DNA of 64,000 nucleotides from Setoptus koraiensis (Eukaryota; Animalia; Arthropoda): NCBI GenBank assembly GCA_048013815.1, contig CM106585.1, positions 13,702,001 to 13,766,000 of the forward strand, read 5' to 3'. Shown piece by piece: positions 63,289 to 64,000 of this stretch (position 1 is its first letter; each line of letters starts with the position of its first letter). The notes under the pieces were generated by a model. It saw only the letters and a program-made list of their open reading frames with translations, ran no database searches and was not told where the DNA came from. The position numbers and the translations under genes were made by a program.

Positions 63289-64000
63289 TTTGTTCTGTTA
63301 GTTACGGCCGGTTGTATGGTTATGCGTCTTGCGAGTTATGTTATTCTATAAATGACAACTGTTTATTTGGAGCTGATTACACTTGTTAGGTAAGTTAGTG
63401 ACTGATAGCACCAAAGAGTAAAACAGAGAGTTTAAATACTTTCTCTCAATCGAGAAACTCTAAATCAATTTGTGAAACTGCGACAGTCAGTGTAGCAATA
63501 GTTGACTTTTGAATACTTACAACTGATTGCCGATCATTCGTTGGCTTTTACGACAAATCCTTCAGTTCCAATAAAAATTGGTGCCTACCGCCCGCATATG
63601 TAATAAATCTAATCCTTTTCCTACTGTTGAAAACTTTCAATTTCAGAGCGCCACACAATGGCCACATGAGTAGACTAGATATAATTCGTTTGTTTGTGCC
63701 TAATTTATGGAAGGTATCAACTAATTCAAGGCTTTTGTTTGGCTATCTCAATCATTTTCATCTTGTCAGAGAGCATGTGACAGTTTACTTTTGCTTTACT
63801 TTTGCTTTTTACAATGAGTGACAAATAATTGGGTGTAATCCTCATCGATACAGTGTGTGGCTGGCAAAGGTGCAATTAAAAATCATTTTTGCAAACATTT
63901 TTTTCATCGCAATAAACATACTATTATCCTGTCCCATAAACACTTTTAAGCACCCTAGTGATAAGATCACACAATCAGAAGTTAATTTGGTTGCACTGCG

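Overview
Eukaryotic, intron-poor arthropod DNA. It is most consistent with a compact mite genome such as an eriophyoid; this is inference from gene content, short or absent introns and gene density. Left and middle part (about 1-32 kb): ordinary genes, namely a divergent gustatory-receptor-like 7TM gene, MIOX, a cathepsin-L-like gene with a large prodomain insertion, an ELOVL elongase, an Eip63F-1-like EF-hand gene, RpS15, WASp, lunapark and a 1803-aa Gln-rich CBM14 mucin. About 32-39 kb lacks clear genes. Right part (about 39-64 kb): a rearrangement-rich zone with orphan secreted genes, a trypsin-fold pseudogene, MITEs, a compact ABCA gene and a 500-N gap. The main observation is four copies of a small secreted-peptide gene carried on about 1.7-1.8 kb duplicons. 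Their signal peptides and flanks are nearly identical at the DNA level, while the mature peptides are hypervariable. One copy forms an inverted palindrome with another and sits between 107-bp direct repeats. Another copy carries a 114-bp conversion-like tract. No rRNA, tRNA or CRISPR array was recognised. All homology calls are from motif recognition, not database searches.
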